Assembly: GCA_047495785.1 (NCBI GenBank)
Contig: JBLDXI010000021.1
Location: forward strand, 2,046,001-2,110,000
From: Lepidodermella squamata
Taxonomy: Eukaryota; Animalia; Gastrotricha
DNA: 64,000 nt
Reading direction: 5' to 3'
A model generated the notes under the pieces. That model was not told the DNA's origin. It did no database searches and saw nothing but the letters and a program-made list of their open reading frames with translations. Both the position numbers and the translations under genes were made by a program. Position 1 is the first letter of the stretch; each line of letters opens with the position of its first letter. Shown piece after piece: positions 39,301-59,041 of this stretch.

Positions 39301-42300
39301 CTAAAACTACTAATAAATGTACCAGCAAGATTTTTAAATAAAAAGCGAACTTCAAGCCACAATCTGCCATTTATTTTTAGTTTTTTCGTAAGGAGGCCAC
39401 GAGTGACAAAGCGCAACAAGAATTTTCGTAAATTGAAAAGCCTAAATAACATTTTCTTTAATATAACAATATAATAGTATTTGCTTCAATTTTGTATATG
39501 AAAATCATTATGACAATATAACAGCAATAATACAACACCAGTGTGTGTGCAATCGTGATGAGGGCGTGAACGGCGATAACGAGAGAAAGCCGCATTTCTA
39601 CAAATTAATTCGAAAAATCGAAAGAAATCATAGGAAAACAAGGTTTGATAAGACACTGTTTGTATCGCAAAAGGTCAATCAGCCATCCACCAAGCTATCT
39701 CTGACATGGCGACAGAAAAAATTGCAGGTATTGCGGATAACAGATTTTTGTTATTCATGATCATAATTGTGCATCTACCATAATACCATCAGAATCCCTC
39801 ACTCGCCATATTCCAGTCGTGAAACCAAAGAAAATTCGATAAATTCTGCTTTAATGGTGTAATATCGGTAGGAGAAGTAGTGACAAGTGACATGAAGATG
39901 TTAAGAATTTGAAGGTCGAATGCGTGTAGATGAGTTGTTCAAGAAATGCACATCGACAAAGCCACAGCGTTCAGATTTAAAGTTTGGCCATTGATTAAAC
40001 CGAAATTGAGGAAACATTGCCACAACGAAAGAATCAGTGCCGCTAATGATGCCGACAGGGAAGAAAGAAACTGGCGAGCTCATAAGAAGCAGGTTGCATG
40101 TTGGGTTGCAGAAAACGAGGGTGGAATGAAGACTGCGCAGCCCGGTCAACAGTAAATGGCAAAATAGTTGAGAGGACGAGACGAAGAAAAGAGACTGAAT
40201 ACTTCTGAATGTAACCTGTACATTGTGGACACAATAGCAAAAAACCACCAGCTGTCTAATATTGTAACCAATATGGCGTGAGAAGAGAAAAACGGAAGAA
40301 AGCAATGCTCATGAATCAATGCAGCAAAAAAGCAGCTCAGAGTAACGGTTAAACCATTATACACCTGTTTATCATTAAATAAGTAACTAAAAAATCAAAG
40401 GCGAGCGCGTCAATAGATGATATCAGAGAAGACTACAACAGCACAACGCCAGGAGCAAGATGAATCATTAGCAGCAAAGAAAACAACGGATTCGAATACA
40501 AAACCATGAACACGCTCACTCGTGTGATTTATAAAAGAATGACGCCTTAGGGATGCGAAATGCCGAATGGGACCCATTTATTACGAATTTTAGGTACGCT
40601 GCACAGTCTCCGCTAAATATACACTCCAAGGCACGTTTAGTAATCGCAGGACAGCACTTGTACCGAAAATCACAAGATTGAAGATTAAAACAGGGCGATT
40701 CGTGCTAAAAGAGGCAGTTCTATTGAAAACACCGCTAGATTATACGGGAAGAACATCGAATAAAACGGCCCGATCTCACGTTTTTCATCCGCTTAGGCAG
40801 GAACATCGGCTAGTTATAGACGAGATGCAAAGGAGGTACAGGTTGCGGACTAAGCGCGACAGTTTCTTCAGATTCTTCTAACAATTTAGATGCCAAATTT
40901 TTTTGTTTGTTTTACTATTTGAACCATTTAATGCCTGCCAGTTTTATCATTGATATAAAAGAAGGTGGTCGAAGAAGAGATCAGAACAAGGATGATTAAA
41001 AACGATAGAATATTGCAATTAGCTTGTCGCGTGCTTGTCGAGTGAAGACACGGAAAACAATTTCGATTTTCACAATTTTCATAATGAAGACAAATAACAG
41101 GAAGAAAAACTGGTTTGGTACTTGGTTTTATTGCGCTACGCCAGAAAGCCTCTCAATTACGATGATTCGGGATATAAGCAGAAATCAATAGTGTGCATAA
41201 TTCGAAAACGACCCATCTCAGCCGACTGACGCAAAATATCAAGCTACAAACGGAGGTGAGTGGCTGATTCCAAACGCTTAAGGGTAAGTAATTAACAGCA
41301 CAAAACGAGTAAAAAATCACCAGCGAGAAAAGCATTTGGAGCGAGCCAGATTATCAAGATCTAGTAGAGAACGTGAAGGTAGTTCTAAATTGATTTTATA
41401 CTTCATCAACAATCCGTAATTAAAAAACTGAACGAAGCAAGGTACCGAGAATCAACGAGACGGAGAATGAATTAATAATCAACAGGCGCAGTTATTTTTG
41501 TTTCCACAGAAACAATCATCAAGATAAAAAATTATAGCGGAAAAGCACGTAAGATCAAAAATACCATGCCCGTAAGCCCGAGTAAAAACAGGAACGCGCG
41601 CACACGGGTAAAGGTGCGGAGCAATTGTTTGTGCAAATGATTAAAACGCAGAGATTGACGAAACAGGCGCGCAGTAAAAAATGAATGAATGAATGATGAA
41701 GAAGAAAAATTATTAGCAATTCGAGCGAATCCCTCACGCAGGCGAACATGTAGTAATTGCAGATTGCTAAGCTAATATTTTATCAACAAATAAGCAGTAT
41801 TGAATCGAGTACAACAACACGTTCAAAGTGGCGGCGAGCAGCGCACTCACTATCAATTAGACAATGTAGTAAGTTGAAGATACTGTAACAAGACTGTGTC
41901 ACTGAGAAGAATAGAGCAACGCAGCAGGTCAAAAATCGAAAAACAACTTGCAATGGTTTAAGCAATCGATTCACTAGTGTAGAATTCAATGCCAGTCACA
42001 ACAACGTTGAAGAGAAGAAATGCTGATGATTCGGAGAACACTCACTCAGTTTTTATCATTTTTTTCATTGGTGCATGCTTCGATCCAAGTTCGATCGACA
42101 TGATGGAAAGAAATAAATGACAATTCGTTTGCAGAAATAGAAGAGAAATGACTTCGTGTGTAATAATAATTCGTATATCACCACCAGATGCGCACTACAA
42201 GCGGTTAGAAATAATTTCTGGAGCCTAATAGGATGTCAACCAGCCCATACATAATAACCGTTTACCAGCAAATCAAGGTGTCTGGATAATATTGAAAAAT

Positions 42301-42449
42301 AATCACAAGTTGCACTACATGGAAACTGATCAAAAGTGCATAATGCTGATGCTTCGGAGCAAAAATAAAGACGACAGTATTATGAATTCATGTGTAGCAA
42401 GCGGAACGGACATAAACAGATGATCCGGGAGCGGGCACATATTCAGCAA

Positions 42450-48501
<6,052 letters not shown>

Positions 48502-49332
48502 CAAGTGAAAGAGATCTAACTAATGATAAATTCTTCAATAAATTATATCCTAAAATCCTAAAAAGAATAATCGATGTATGTGTAAGCATTTTTCATCGTT
48601 ATAAAATGAAATTGAAAATTTATTTCCCGAAAAATCGCGCGTAGAATAGATTATTATTACATTATAGCGACGTAGCCCAGCAGATGCGAAAGCAAATACG
48701 AGAAATGGCCGTTTCGTCGAAAATTTATTCATCAATATACACGGAAGAAAACCACTACGCATTCATTTTATCGCGGCACACTGCTGCTGCTGCTGCTGCG
48801 CTAAATATAACGTAGAGCGAAGGAATAGACGATAGAGACACACATCCAAGCTGTCACTGACGGCGAGCGTAGAGAGACCCTGCCTGAGCAAAACAAGCAC
48901 ATGACATCAAAACACCACCGTAGTAGACGCACACACACACGCACAGGTTGAAGATCGTACAAATAACCAGCGCCAAGTCAAAAGAGCGGGAGACCGACGA
49001 GGCGGCGATCAACACCGTGTCAAGGTGGCAATTTCGCAGCAGCAACACGCATGGACGTTCCATTATCTGATTGCAATAAAACGCGTAGCACACCTTCGAA
49101 ACGACGGTTATATTGCACCGAATCACGCCAAGGCGGCAAGGGCCGAATATCAACAATAAAATTATGATTAGTAAACGTGACGAGAATACTATCGAGAATA
49201 TGGCGCCATCCTCTTGATAAAGCTTGAAGCATTCAATTTATATAATATGATAATAGTTTTTCATCTATCAACATCGAGCAATTTGAATTTGAATCAAAGT
49301 CAAACTTGATTATCACTAGAGCAGCTGATGAC

Positions 49333-50589
49333 TCATGTCCGAAGCTGGTAGTTACCAGCTCGGGTAATGTACTTCACGCCTTTGAATGGCTTGTATTTTT
49401 CCGTGGCTGCGACGTCCAACCGGTTGACTCGGAGACCGGAGACTGTCAGTTGTGGTATCGTGAAGTGGGCTTGGATTATCGGCGAAGACTCGGGCAGTGG
49501 CGACCCTGTGACCAACGATATCGTTCCCTTCATTATCGGTAGTTTTTGTGAGTCAATTTTGCCGATATCCCACTGTAAGACGTGAGCACTTGGGTCGAAA
49601 CTATGTTTACCCACGGAAACTGTAACATTAACCGCAGTAACGTTTTTCGGGAATGGAATCTCCAATTTGACTGACTCCAATTGTTTCCCCATAGTTTGTT
49701 TCGGAGTCACAGTCAATTCGATGCGGCTTCCCGTCTCCTTATACTGAATGTTGTGACGAACAGTAAGAGGCAATACGATGAGGTTTTGAGCACCGATGTG
49801 ATAAGAAATCAATCTAAAATGGCCGTCCGGAGGGATGAACGAAAGTAAGCGTTCAGTTTCCCAGCGACGGAATCGGATGCACGGGTGGAAAGAGACGTCG
49901 TCCAAAATTCTGGCGTTGACAAACGTTAACGTCAAGTCAGGCATGCCTGACAGCCTGACCACACAGTCAATTGAGCCGTGAACTTCCGCAGAAACAACCG
50001 AGCCCGATCGATCAATAATGGCATCGATTTCTTCGATAACATCGAAATACGCCTCGTTGTTTGTATACGTGACGCCAGCTCGTCGCCATGGGATATTAGA
50101 CAGCTGCCCTGTCGGTAGCACCGACGAAACATTAGTCGATTTGCCGATGACTTTATCGGTAAATTGACGCAAAAGATCCGGAGGCTTAATCATCTCACGC
50201 AGCACGTTGGATTCAGTTACATGAGGATAACCACTATCCAGCATTTCATCGAAAATTTCGAATACAGTTACGTAATTCTCCTTGATCGTCGTTTCCGAAT
50301 GATCACCAAAATATTCGCGAAGCATGTCAGCTACGCGATGAAGAAGCTCCACCACGAAAATTGGCGGAACTTCATGAACAACAATAGCGACGTAGTAAAG
50401 TCGATCCCGGTGTATATTAATCAGATAGTGATGAGGAGCTGTTATAACCGGCGGAATGTCATCTGGGCTAGAAGCTTTCGCTTGCACTTCGAAGAAGTAA
50501 TCGCATATTGCTCGAGGAATGGCTGACTTGTAATGCTTTTCCAACAGTACATCGCCGGAGTGATTTATCACAAAAATACTGCTAATCAT
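49333..50589 (-). CDS. AP3M1: AP-3 complex subunit mu (intronless CDS)
   Basis: Start taken at MISSIFVINHSGDVLLEKHYK (ATG 50589). Motifs LPTGQLSNIPWRR, NNEAYFDVIEEIDAIID, DDVSFHPC and EKYKPFKGVKYITRAG. Confidence 0.96.
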   Translation of the reverse strand: MISSIFVINHSGDVLLEKHYKSAIPRAICDYFFEVQAKASSPDDIPPVITAPHHYLINIHRDRLYYVAIVVHEVPPIFVVELLHRVADMLREYFGDHSETTIKENYVTVFEIFDEMLDSGYPHVTESNVLREMIKPPDLLRQFTDKVIGKSTNVSSVLPTGQLSNIPWRRAGVTYTNNEAYFDVIEEIDAIIDRSGSVVSAEVHGSIDCVVRLSGMPDLTLTFVNARILDDVSFHPCIRFRRWETERLLSFIPPDGHFRLISYHIGAQNLIVLPLTVRHNIQYKETGSRIELTVTPKQTMGKQLESVKLEIPFPKNVTAVNVTVSVGKHSFDPSAHVLQWDIGKIDSQKLPIMKGTISLVTGSPLPESSPIIQAHFTIPQLTVSGLRVNRLDVAATEKYKPFKGVKYITRAGNYQLRT

Positions 50590-50854
50590 GTCGCCTAATG
50601 AAAAGAAACGATAATGAAAGGTAACATTAAAAATTGTATGGTCGTGCATTAATCATCACAGGGAACGAGTGCTAAAATCATACAAAATATAGGTAAAATA
50701 TAATATTTTCTCAATCAATGGCAGTACTAATGAGCATCAGTTATTAGACACCGTCGATATCACGTTTACTCACAGAAACACCGAAATACGAATGTCACAG
50801 CACACAGCAGGGGTGGTATCGAAGTTACGTGACGCTGCAAAAGAGTAGCGCATA

Positions 50855-52105
50855 TTATTTCAGCTTATTGATAAATTTCAGGATTTCATCCAGGCCGTTT
50901 TGAGCGGCAGGAGACTTCGGGGGTGGCAAGTAAAACGACATTATTGGCTCAACGTGGAAAGCTTGCTTCAAATAATTGAGCGTAACATCGACCTTCAATT
51001 GACGTAAACGATGAGCAAAGAGAAGAGCATCGTCGCGAAGAAAATCCAATTCGCATGCCTGAATGAATGCAGTGGGAAAAACTTCTAGGGCTGCGTTGGA
51101 GGCGATCAGAGGAAAAGCATTCGAATCTACAGACATTTTTGTCAATCTCTTCATTATCTTAGGGTCTACTGAATAATATTCAGGCTTAGAAACGGAGGCA
51201 TTGCTGATTCCAATCGAGGGAAATTCATAACCAGGAATTTTAGTGACATCGAAATAATCCTTATTCCAAAGAGCCATTTTCTCGGCTGGGATGTGCAACC
51301 CCTGATTAAGAGCGAATTGAAGACTTGCATCAATGTTTAAGCCAGCACGCTTCACCATAAAATACTCCACAGGTGCATGGAAATAGTGACGATAGCTCCG
51401 ATAACTAGGTAGCGTAAGATTTGCAGCTTGCAAAGCCGGGGATAACATTAAAACACCTCGAAGCTTATGTTCGGCGTTGGACAAAATGAGCGCAATAGAA
51501 GCAACTAGATTCCCGCCAGCGCTGTCACCGGCGATAATAATTCGATCCCCGGCAATTCCATATTCATCAGGTTTAGCTAAAATACGCATAACAAGCCCAA
51601 CGCACTCCTCGATCTGATTCTCGTAAGTCGTGTCCGGAGAAAGGCCATAGTGAACAGAAATAACGAGAACCTGCGCTTTTTCGGCAATCCACGCAGTAAA
51701 ATCCTTATGTGTAGTGGGGCTACCAAACACCCATCCACCGCCGTGAAAATAAATAACAGCCGGAATCTGCTTTTGGCTTGCTTTCTGGGGTCTGAAAAAA
51801 ACTACTTGAGTGTTTTCGATTTTGCCAGCCTCTACTTTGATGTTGGGAGCTGAATCAGCTTCTGCGGTGGTTTTCAAACATAGACTGCCATAGTCGTAGA
51901 AGAAGCGCAGAACACGCTCAGATCCTAATAATCCCACAGATTCAAAACCTTGACCGATGTTATAAGCCGAATGAGCCAAGAAATCAGTGAAATATCTTCT
52001 CGGTTTGTTCTCGATTACTTCAGGCAATGTCGGCAGACTTGCCCATTGGATAGAAATGAGGGCCACCAAAACCGAAGTAACGAAAACGGCAATATGTTTA
52101 ATCAT
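50855..52105 (-). CDS. Arylacetamide deacetylase/NCEH1-like GDXG-family lipase (intronless)
   Basis: N-terminal membrane anchor, YFHGGGW oxyanion motif, AGDSAGGNL nucleophile, ELDFLRDD and FH triad residues. Confidence 0.9.
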   Translation of the reverse strand: MIKHIAVFVTSVLVALISIQWASLPTLPEVIENKPRRYFTDFLAHSAYNIGQGFESVGLLGSERVLRFFYDYGSLCLKTTAEADSAPNIKVEAGKIENTQVVFFRPQKASQKQIPAVIYFHGGGWVFGSPTTHKDFTAWIAEKAQVLVISVHYGLSPDTTYENQIEECVGLVMRILAKPDEYGIAGDRIIIAGDSAGGNLVASIALILSNAEHKLRGVLMLSPALQAANLTLPSYRSYRHYFHAPVEYFMVKRAGLNIDASLQFALNQGLHIPAEKMALWNKDYFDVTKIPGYEFPSIGISNASVSKPEYYSVDPKIMKRLTKMSVDSNAFPLIASNAALEVFPTAFIQACELDFLRDDALLFAHRLRQLKVDVTLNYLKQAFHVEPIMSFYLPPPKSPAAQNGLDEILKFINKLK

Positions 52106-52830
52106 GTCTTAAAAAGCAACAATTCAACGAGTGACTGAACTGAATGTGAAAGATAGTTATTCTATTCAAATACAGCTTGTCGGTGGTCAGACAGTGAATG
52201 TTAAGCAAAAACTTCAGCGCTGAATTGCTCAGGTCGAGTCGAAGCAGCCGCTTTTTAAACGATGGGGAAAAGCTAATTGAGCCGAAATAAACGAAAATAA
52301 GATGAAGGCATTGGTCAGTTTTCACTGATAATTAATAATTACATCGAGCTTAATCCCATTCAATTTATGCTATATAAGAGCATATATTTTAACAATGTAT
52401 AATTTTTTAAACCTCGTTTTGCGCGGGCTGCGAGTTCTGCTTCTTTGCCCTTGTCTTTGTTCTTGCTCTCGGTGCCCTGCAGTGCAAATCTTGTGGTTTC
52501 TGCGTCCACTGCCGCAGTAACGAGTATGCATGCTGCCTGCTCCTCGATTTTTTCTACAGATTTGCACTCATTTCCACAGAGGATCAAACCTAGAATTCGA
52601 GAGTATGCATTATTGTTGCGATTGGTGATCACTCGATGTCGGAAGCATTCGGCAGCCAAAAGCCACAAGAACAATTATAGAGAATGGTACCTAAAAATCA
52701 CAGTTGAGGCTATTTTGAGAAGAAATTGCTGTCGAGTTTTGCTTGACTCTTGCTGTTTTCACATTATGGGACCACAGCACTTCGGTTGGATGGAAGACCG
52801 AAGACGGCCTTAGCGCGAATCAAACGTTAA

Positions 52831-52861
52831 TATACATACATACATACATATTCATACATAC
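52831..52861 (+). repeat. Short (TACA)n microsatellite
   Basis: tatacatacatacatacatattcatacatac read directly from the sequence. Confidence 0.8.
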
Positions 52862-52950
52862 TTCAGTAACGGTTGTTTAATGGTACCACTCATCGCCTTT
52901 CAGTTTCACTATACTCTACTCCTATTTAGGGCATCTTATTATGAATAACG

Positions 52951-54064
52951 ATGAACACATTTCTATATTTGGCCTCTTATGCCGCTCTTCTCGCAGGCAG
53001 TTTTTCTGCTGCATACTTCAGACTGATTGAGTTTCATTCAAGTTGCCAGTTCAACCCTCGAAATGTAACTAATGCAACCGTTGAAGTTATCAGCACCGAC
53101 CTTATCAAATTCGCAGAGGACGGATGGTATTTTTTATTGGCTAGGTAAGTCCGATTGTTCTTCGATTTCTTCATTATTAACCCTGTAATTTAGAGGCCAA
53201 AATTCGATCCCTACACTTGCGTTTCTTAACTGGATTGCGCTGGCTCCCGGTTTATTGTCTACTTTTGCTCTATCCCCAGTTCCGATATATGCAACGATAG
53301 CTTCGCTCGTATTCTCGAATTACCTGTCTTTGATTGTACTACTCTCCGGCGCGATGAAATGCGACTCGTTATTCAGCAATTATATTTGCTTTTTGAACCA
53401 ACATTGGTTGCTATTATTTGCTATGTCGTCGTTGGCTTGTGTTCTCGGTGGTTTATTATGCGGACTGCATCAGCGCGAAGCGACGCATCCCGATGTGGTT
53501 AAATTTCGTAAGCGACGTCAGAAAAAGCCGAGCCAGTCAATCTATTCTAGTACAGCCGAGGAAAAAGAATTTTCTGTCGACGTGGACGTATTGGAGAATG
53601 AAATGATGATTTTTATGAGATTATCTTGTCCAAGTAAGGTGTTCTATTCTGATCTCACTTCCGACATTGAAGACTTCTTTCTTTATATAGACATCATGTT
53701 TCCAACTCGGGTGGTTGATCATAGTTATCTGTCGAGATTACCCGTGTGGCGCCTTCCAGAAATGCACTACATCGAAATGACCACGTGCTCATCCGCAACC
53801 TCAGAATACGAATCGGACGACGGCTATTCTTCACTGCGGAAAATTAAATATGCAATTACTGATGAATGTCCTATTTGTCTTGAAAAATATATCGCGGGAG
53901 ATGAAGTCACAGCATTGTCTTGCTATCATGCCTTTCATTGCAAATGCGTCATGGCTTGGATCGTCGGACAGAATCAACACAAATGCCCAATTTGCCGCTG
54001 GCCTTCATTTATTGAAAAGAAACAGTTTTATGCAGCCCTGGCCAATAACTACATTGCTTCTTGA
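52951..54064 (+). CDS. RNF103: Membrane RING-H2 E3 ligase, RNF103-like (shortened)
   Basis: Exons 52951-53144 and 53194-54064. Hydrophobic TM segments, YLSRLPVWR, and RING CPICLE...CYHAFHCKCVMAW...CPICRWPSF.EKKQ resembling RNF103 CPVCRWPSYKKKQ. Confidence 0.7.
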
Positions 54065-54149
54065 TCAAGGTTCTCATTCTCGATATTTTTTCATTTTCAT
54101 ACCTAATTTCTACTGTAGCATTCTCAATAAAATGTGTTTGATGTGTCTC

Positions 54150-55576
54150 CTAATTTGCCTTGTTTTTATTTGTTGGCGTTGTTCCTTTTCGAGCTCTGAA
54201 GCGATTGGCTGCAGTTGGTTGCTGCTGCTGATACTGCTTCTGTTCGTGATGCAAAATGGCGTAATCTGGTAATAGAGCCAAGGTATCGCTCAGGTTATGC
54301 AGTGATCGACGTCGGCTGCTGAGCTCCTCCGCTTCCCGCCGACGGATGCCGGAAGGTATCGGGACGCGAGGCAAATGCTCAGGCTGACCTCTGATGAGTA
54401 GCTCTAGTTGTTGTTGCAGTGAACAATCGAGGCTTTGTGTTAATCGCTCCTCAATGCCTTCGTTTCGAATTGCAGTGCGGGTGCGAATTGGCAATTGGAA
54501 ACCATCAAACCTCGACGGCAGCGATGAGTTTATGAGCATCGGAAACATCAAATCATTTTCATCACGGGCACTCCGACGTCCACTGAGCGTTTGAGCACTT
54601 TTGGCCAAGTATTGGTCTAAAACAGTGATTCCATTTGTTGCTGCTTTGTCGATAAGTTCCGCGATCTCGAGATGTCCTAAACGCGGAAACCGAAATGAAT
54701 GATATAAGCCAACAATTAATGAACATGCCTAGTTTGTGAGCGAGGAGATAGGGCGTAAGCTTTTCAATGTTGGGTCTGTCCAGATCGCAGTAATTTTTAT
54801 AAGCGTTACGTAGAATAATCACTACAATAGCCATATTTCCTGAAGCCACAGCGACATGCAGTGCATTATTGCCCTTGAAATCAGGCTTCGTAAGATCCAT
54901 TTCTACTGGCCAGCGGTGCAAAAACCATTTCAAATCCGATATCCGATCAGGAACCCTTCCACAACAGTAATGCAACAACGTTTCCCCGCTGGTTGGATTA
55001 GTATATTTGACGCTGGCACCATGATCAACCTGTATGACATAAGGAATGAAATAATGCAGAAATTTCAAAGGAAACTAGATCAGGTAAAATTCGCCTCAAA
55101 TAATACATTGCTAAATCTCTTCAATCTATTCGTCATCAATATTATAATTATATTCTTAGAAGCAATATTCGAATATTCCAATAATATCTAAAGTATTTAG
55201 AATAAAATGTAGCATGCGTTGAAAAAATCACCAGTATTTCCATCATTCTTCGCCGATGTTTAGTCTCATCGATAGATTTTAGGGCAACCATCAACGCGTT
55301 GTCTCCATTCGGCCATACGGCATCGCGAGCACAATGGGCAGGTAAAATCGAAATAAGCGTTCGAGCGAGGTTTAGGCGGCCCCTTGAGACAGCATCCAGC
55401 AGCAGTTCATATCGGCCGCCGTCGTCTGCGAAGCCAAATTTTTTCTTAGGGGCCTTTGACTTGTTAGAAAAAGATGGCATGATTTCAATAACGTCATCGC
55501 TAGGGCCGATTGACATGTGTCTCTTGAAAGCTAACGTCTGAACACCGGCCTTCGCCTTTACTTTCTTAGCTGCCAT
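54150..55576 (-). CDS. Ankyrin-repeat protein, ANKRD63/ANKRD34-like
   Basis: Exons 55576-55232, 55029-54729, 54676-54150 (second intron GC-AG). Repeats GDNALMVAL, GETLLHYCC, GNNALHVAV and LTPYLLAHKLGHLEIAELI. Confidence 0.82.
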
Positions 55577-56006
55577 AATAAATATAGCTATCACTGTCGG
55601 CCTCTAATGTTCTAACGTTATTAACGGTATAAAATACCAGTGGTGATTAGATACTGCGTAAGACTGAAGTAAAATCGATGTCTGCTATTCAAATGTAGGG
55701 GAAACCGTTGGCAACACCTTTCTCTGGTGAGGTCGAAGCATTTTTTTTCTTGCACGCTTCTATGATCGATCTCACTGCATCGATAATTCGGCCACTAGTT
55801 TTGTAGTAAATTCCGAAAATAAACCGTAACAAATTCAACAATTTATTAAGTAGGGCGACTTACAGCAACACTTACAAGCGGGAGAAGCACAATAGTAACA
55901 TCAAATAATCAAAATCAAAGATAAAATAAAGACAAATTCGGATACCGCGGTCATATTAGATCAGTTGCTAGAGAGACAACAATAACGGATAAATAATCGG
56001 CGTTAT

Positions 56007-57595
<1,589 letters not shown>

Positions 57596-59041
57596 ACTTA
57601 TGTGATGGGTAAGAAATTCGGCGGAGAAACCTTTTCGTCAAAATTATATGTATCGATGGCGACGATAATATCCAAATGGAACGTCCCTCGCCGTCGCGAT
57701 CCATGCGTTTTGTCATTTAGTAGATGAACGCTGTTCATAATAGACGATAATAGGCATAGAGCCCTATCATTACTGACAAATACAGCGAGATAATTACAAT
57801 CCTTTTTACTCATTATATTGCATTGTTGTCAAAACAGCAGCGACCAGATAGATTTGACTTTTAATAAAACGTACAAATGTCATCATCATCGCCCTCGTCG
57901 ACATGATCAGCGCACATCATCGGCCTATGATCATGATGCAAGTGTAGGCGCGGCAGCGGCATTTTAAGGCGCTGTAATATGGCTGGTAAAAGCGCATCAC
58001 GTCGCCCATTCAGCACCATCGATATAATTACTATTTATAACCAAACATGGCTCCTGATTAAATTAATAGACTCCCTGGTATTTATGTTATCACCGACATC
58101 ATCATCGCCAAATATTCATCATCGCATCAAGAACGGATGAACAAGTAGTCATCATTGCCGTTCCCTCAGTTTCTGCCCAATTTAGCCTTCCGCTTCCTCT
58201 GAATCGGCACTGCACCACGGAGTTTTCAGACAAAATGTACAACATGCTGCCTGACGTAATTTGTAATTACTAGTGTTGATAGCACCAGCGCGCCTCTGGG
58301 ACCGCTAGATGACAGCGCGCATATTTCGCACGAGTGATTGCGCTGATTTGCAAGTTATTCAATTCCGAATCATATGCGACTCCGTTATCATTTACATTTA
58401 CTGGTGATTGGACGAAGAGTCGAACGTGGTACGGACCGTCAAATCGGCACTAATTTCATTCGGCTTCTCAATCTGCATTGCGATGGTGCATGAGTTTGGA
58501 AATCGAAGCCAAAATGCGCGGTGGTTAAATTTTGCCCTTCGCTTTGCTGGACTTAATTATATGTGACGTGCACCTAAATTGTTATTTTAAAACGTGTTCA
58601 CACCCTTGCGAGAAAATTGAATGCAAACCAAAACTCTCCAGGGTTTTGCTCTCTCTATTATTTGGTTAAGAGGCGTGCCGTAGACTGTTGGAAAACTAGC
58701 TGATTGCTACAACGAAGGGTATCTCTGTTGAATAATTAAAACGGCTGGGCGCGGGGCTGATATCGGAATCGTGATAATCAATTGTCGCCAGGCGAAGTTG
58801 CACGTATGGTGGGAAATACACGAGAAAATCTACTAAACGCTATAAAAATATTCGTCGTCAAGAGATACGAATCGACTGCCGATACTCTAAAGGAGCGAGA
58901 CGTATCTTATTGATATCGTTTTGCCCCGACTTGGGAGATACAGGATCACCTTACCCAATTTTATATCATTTTTATGTAATGTCCATTTGACACATCTAAT
59001 CTGTGCATCGTAAATTTGGAAGAACACGCCGTGAAAGAACC

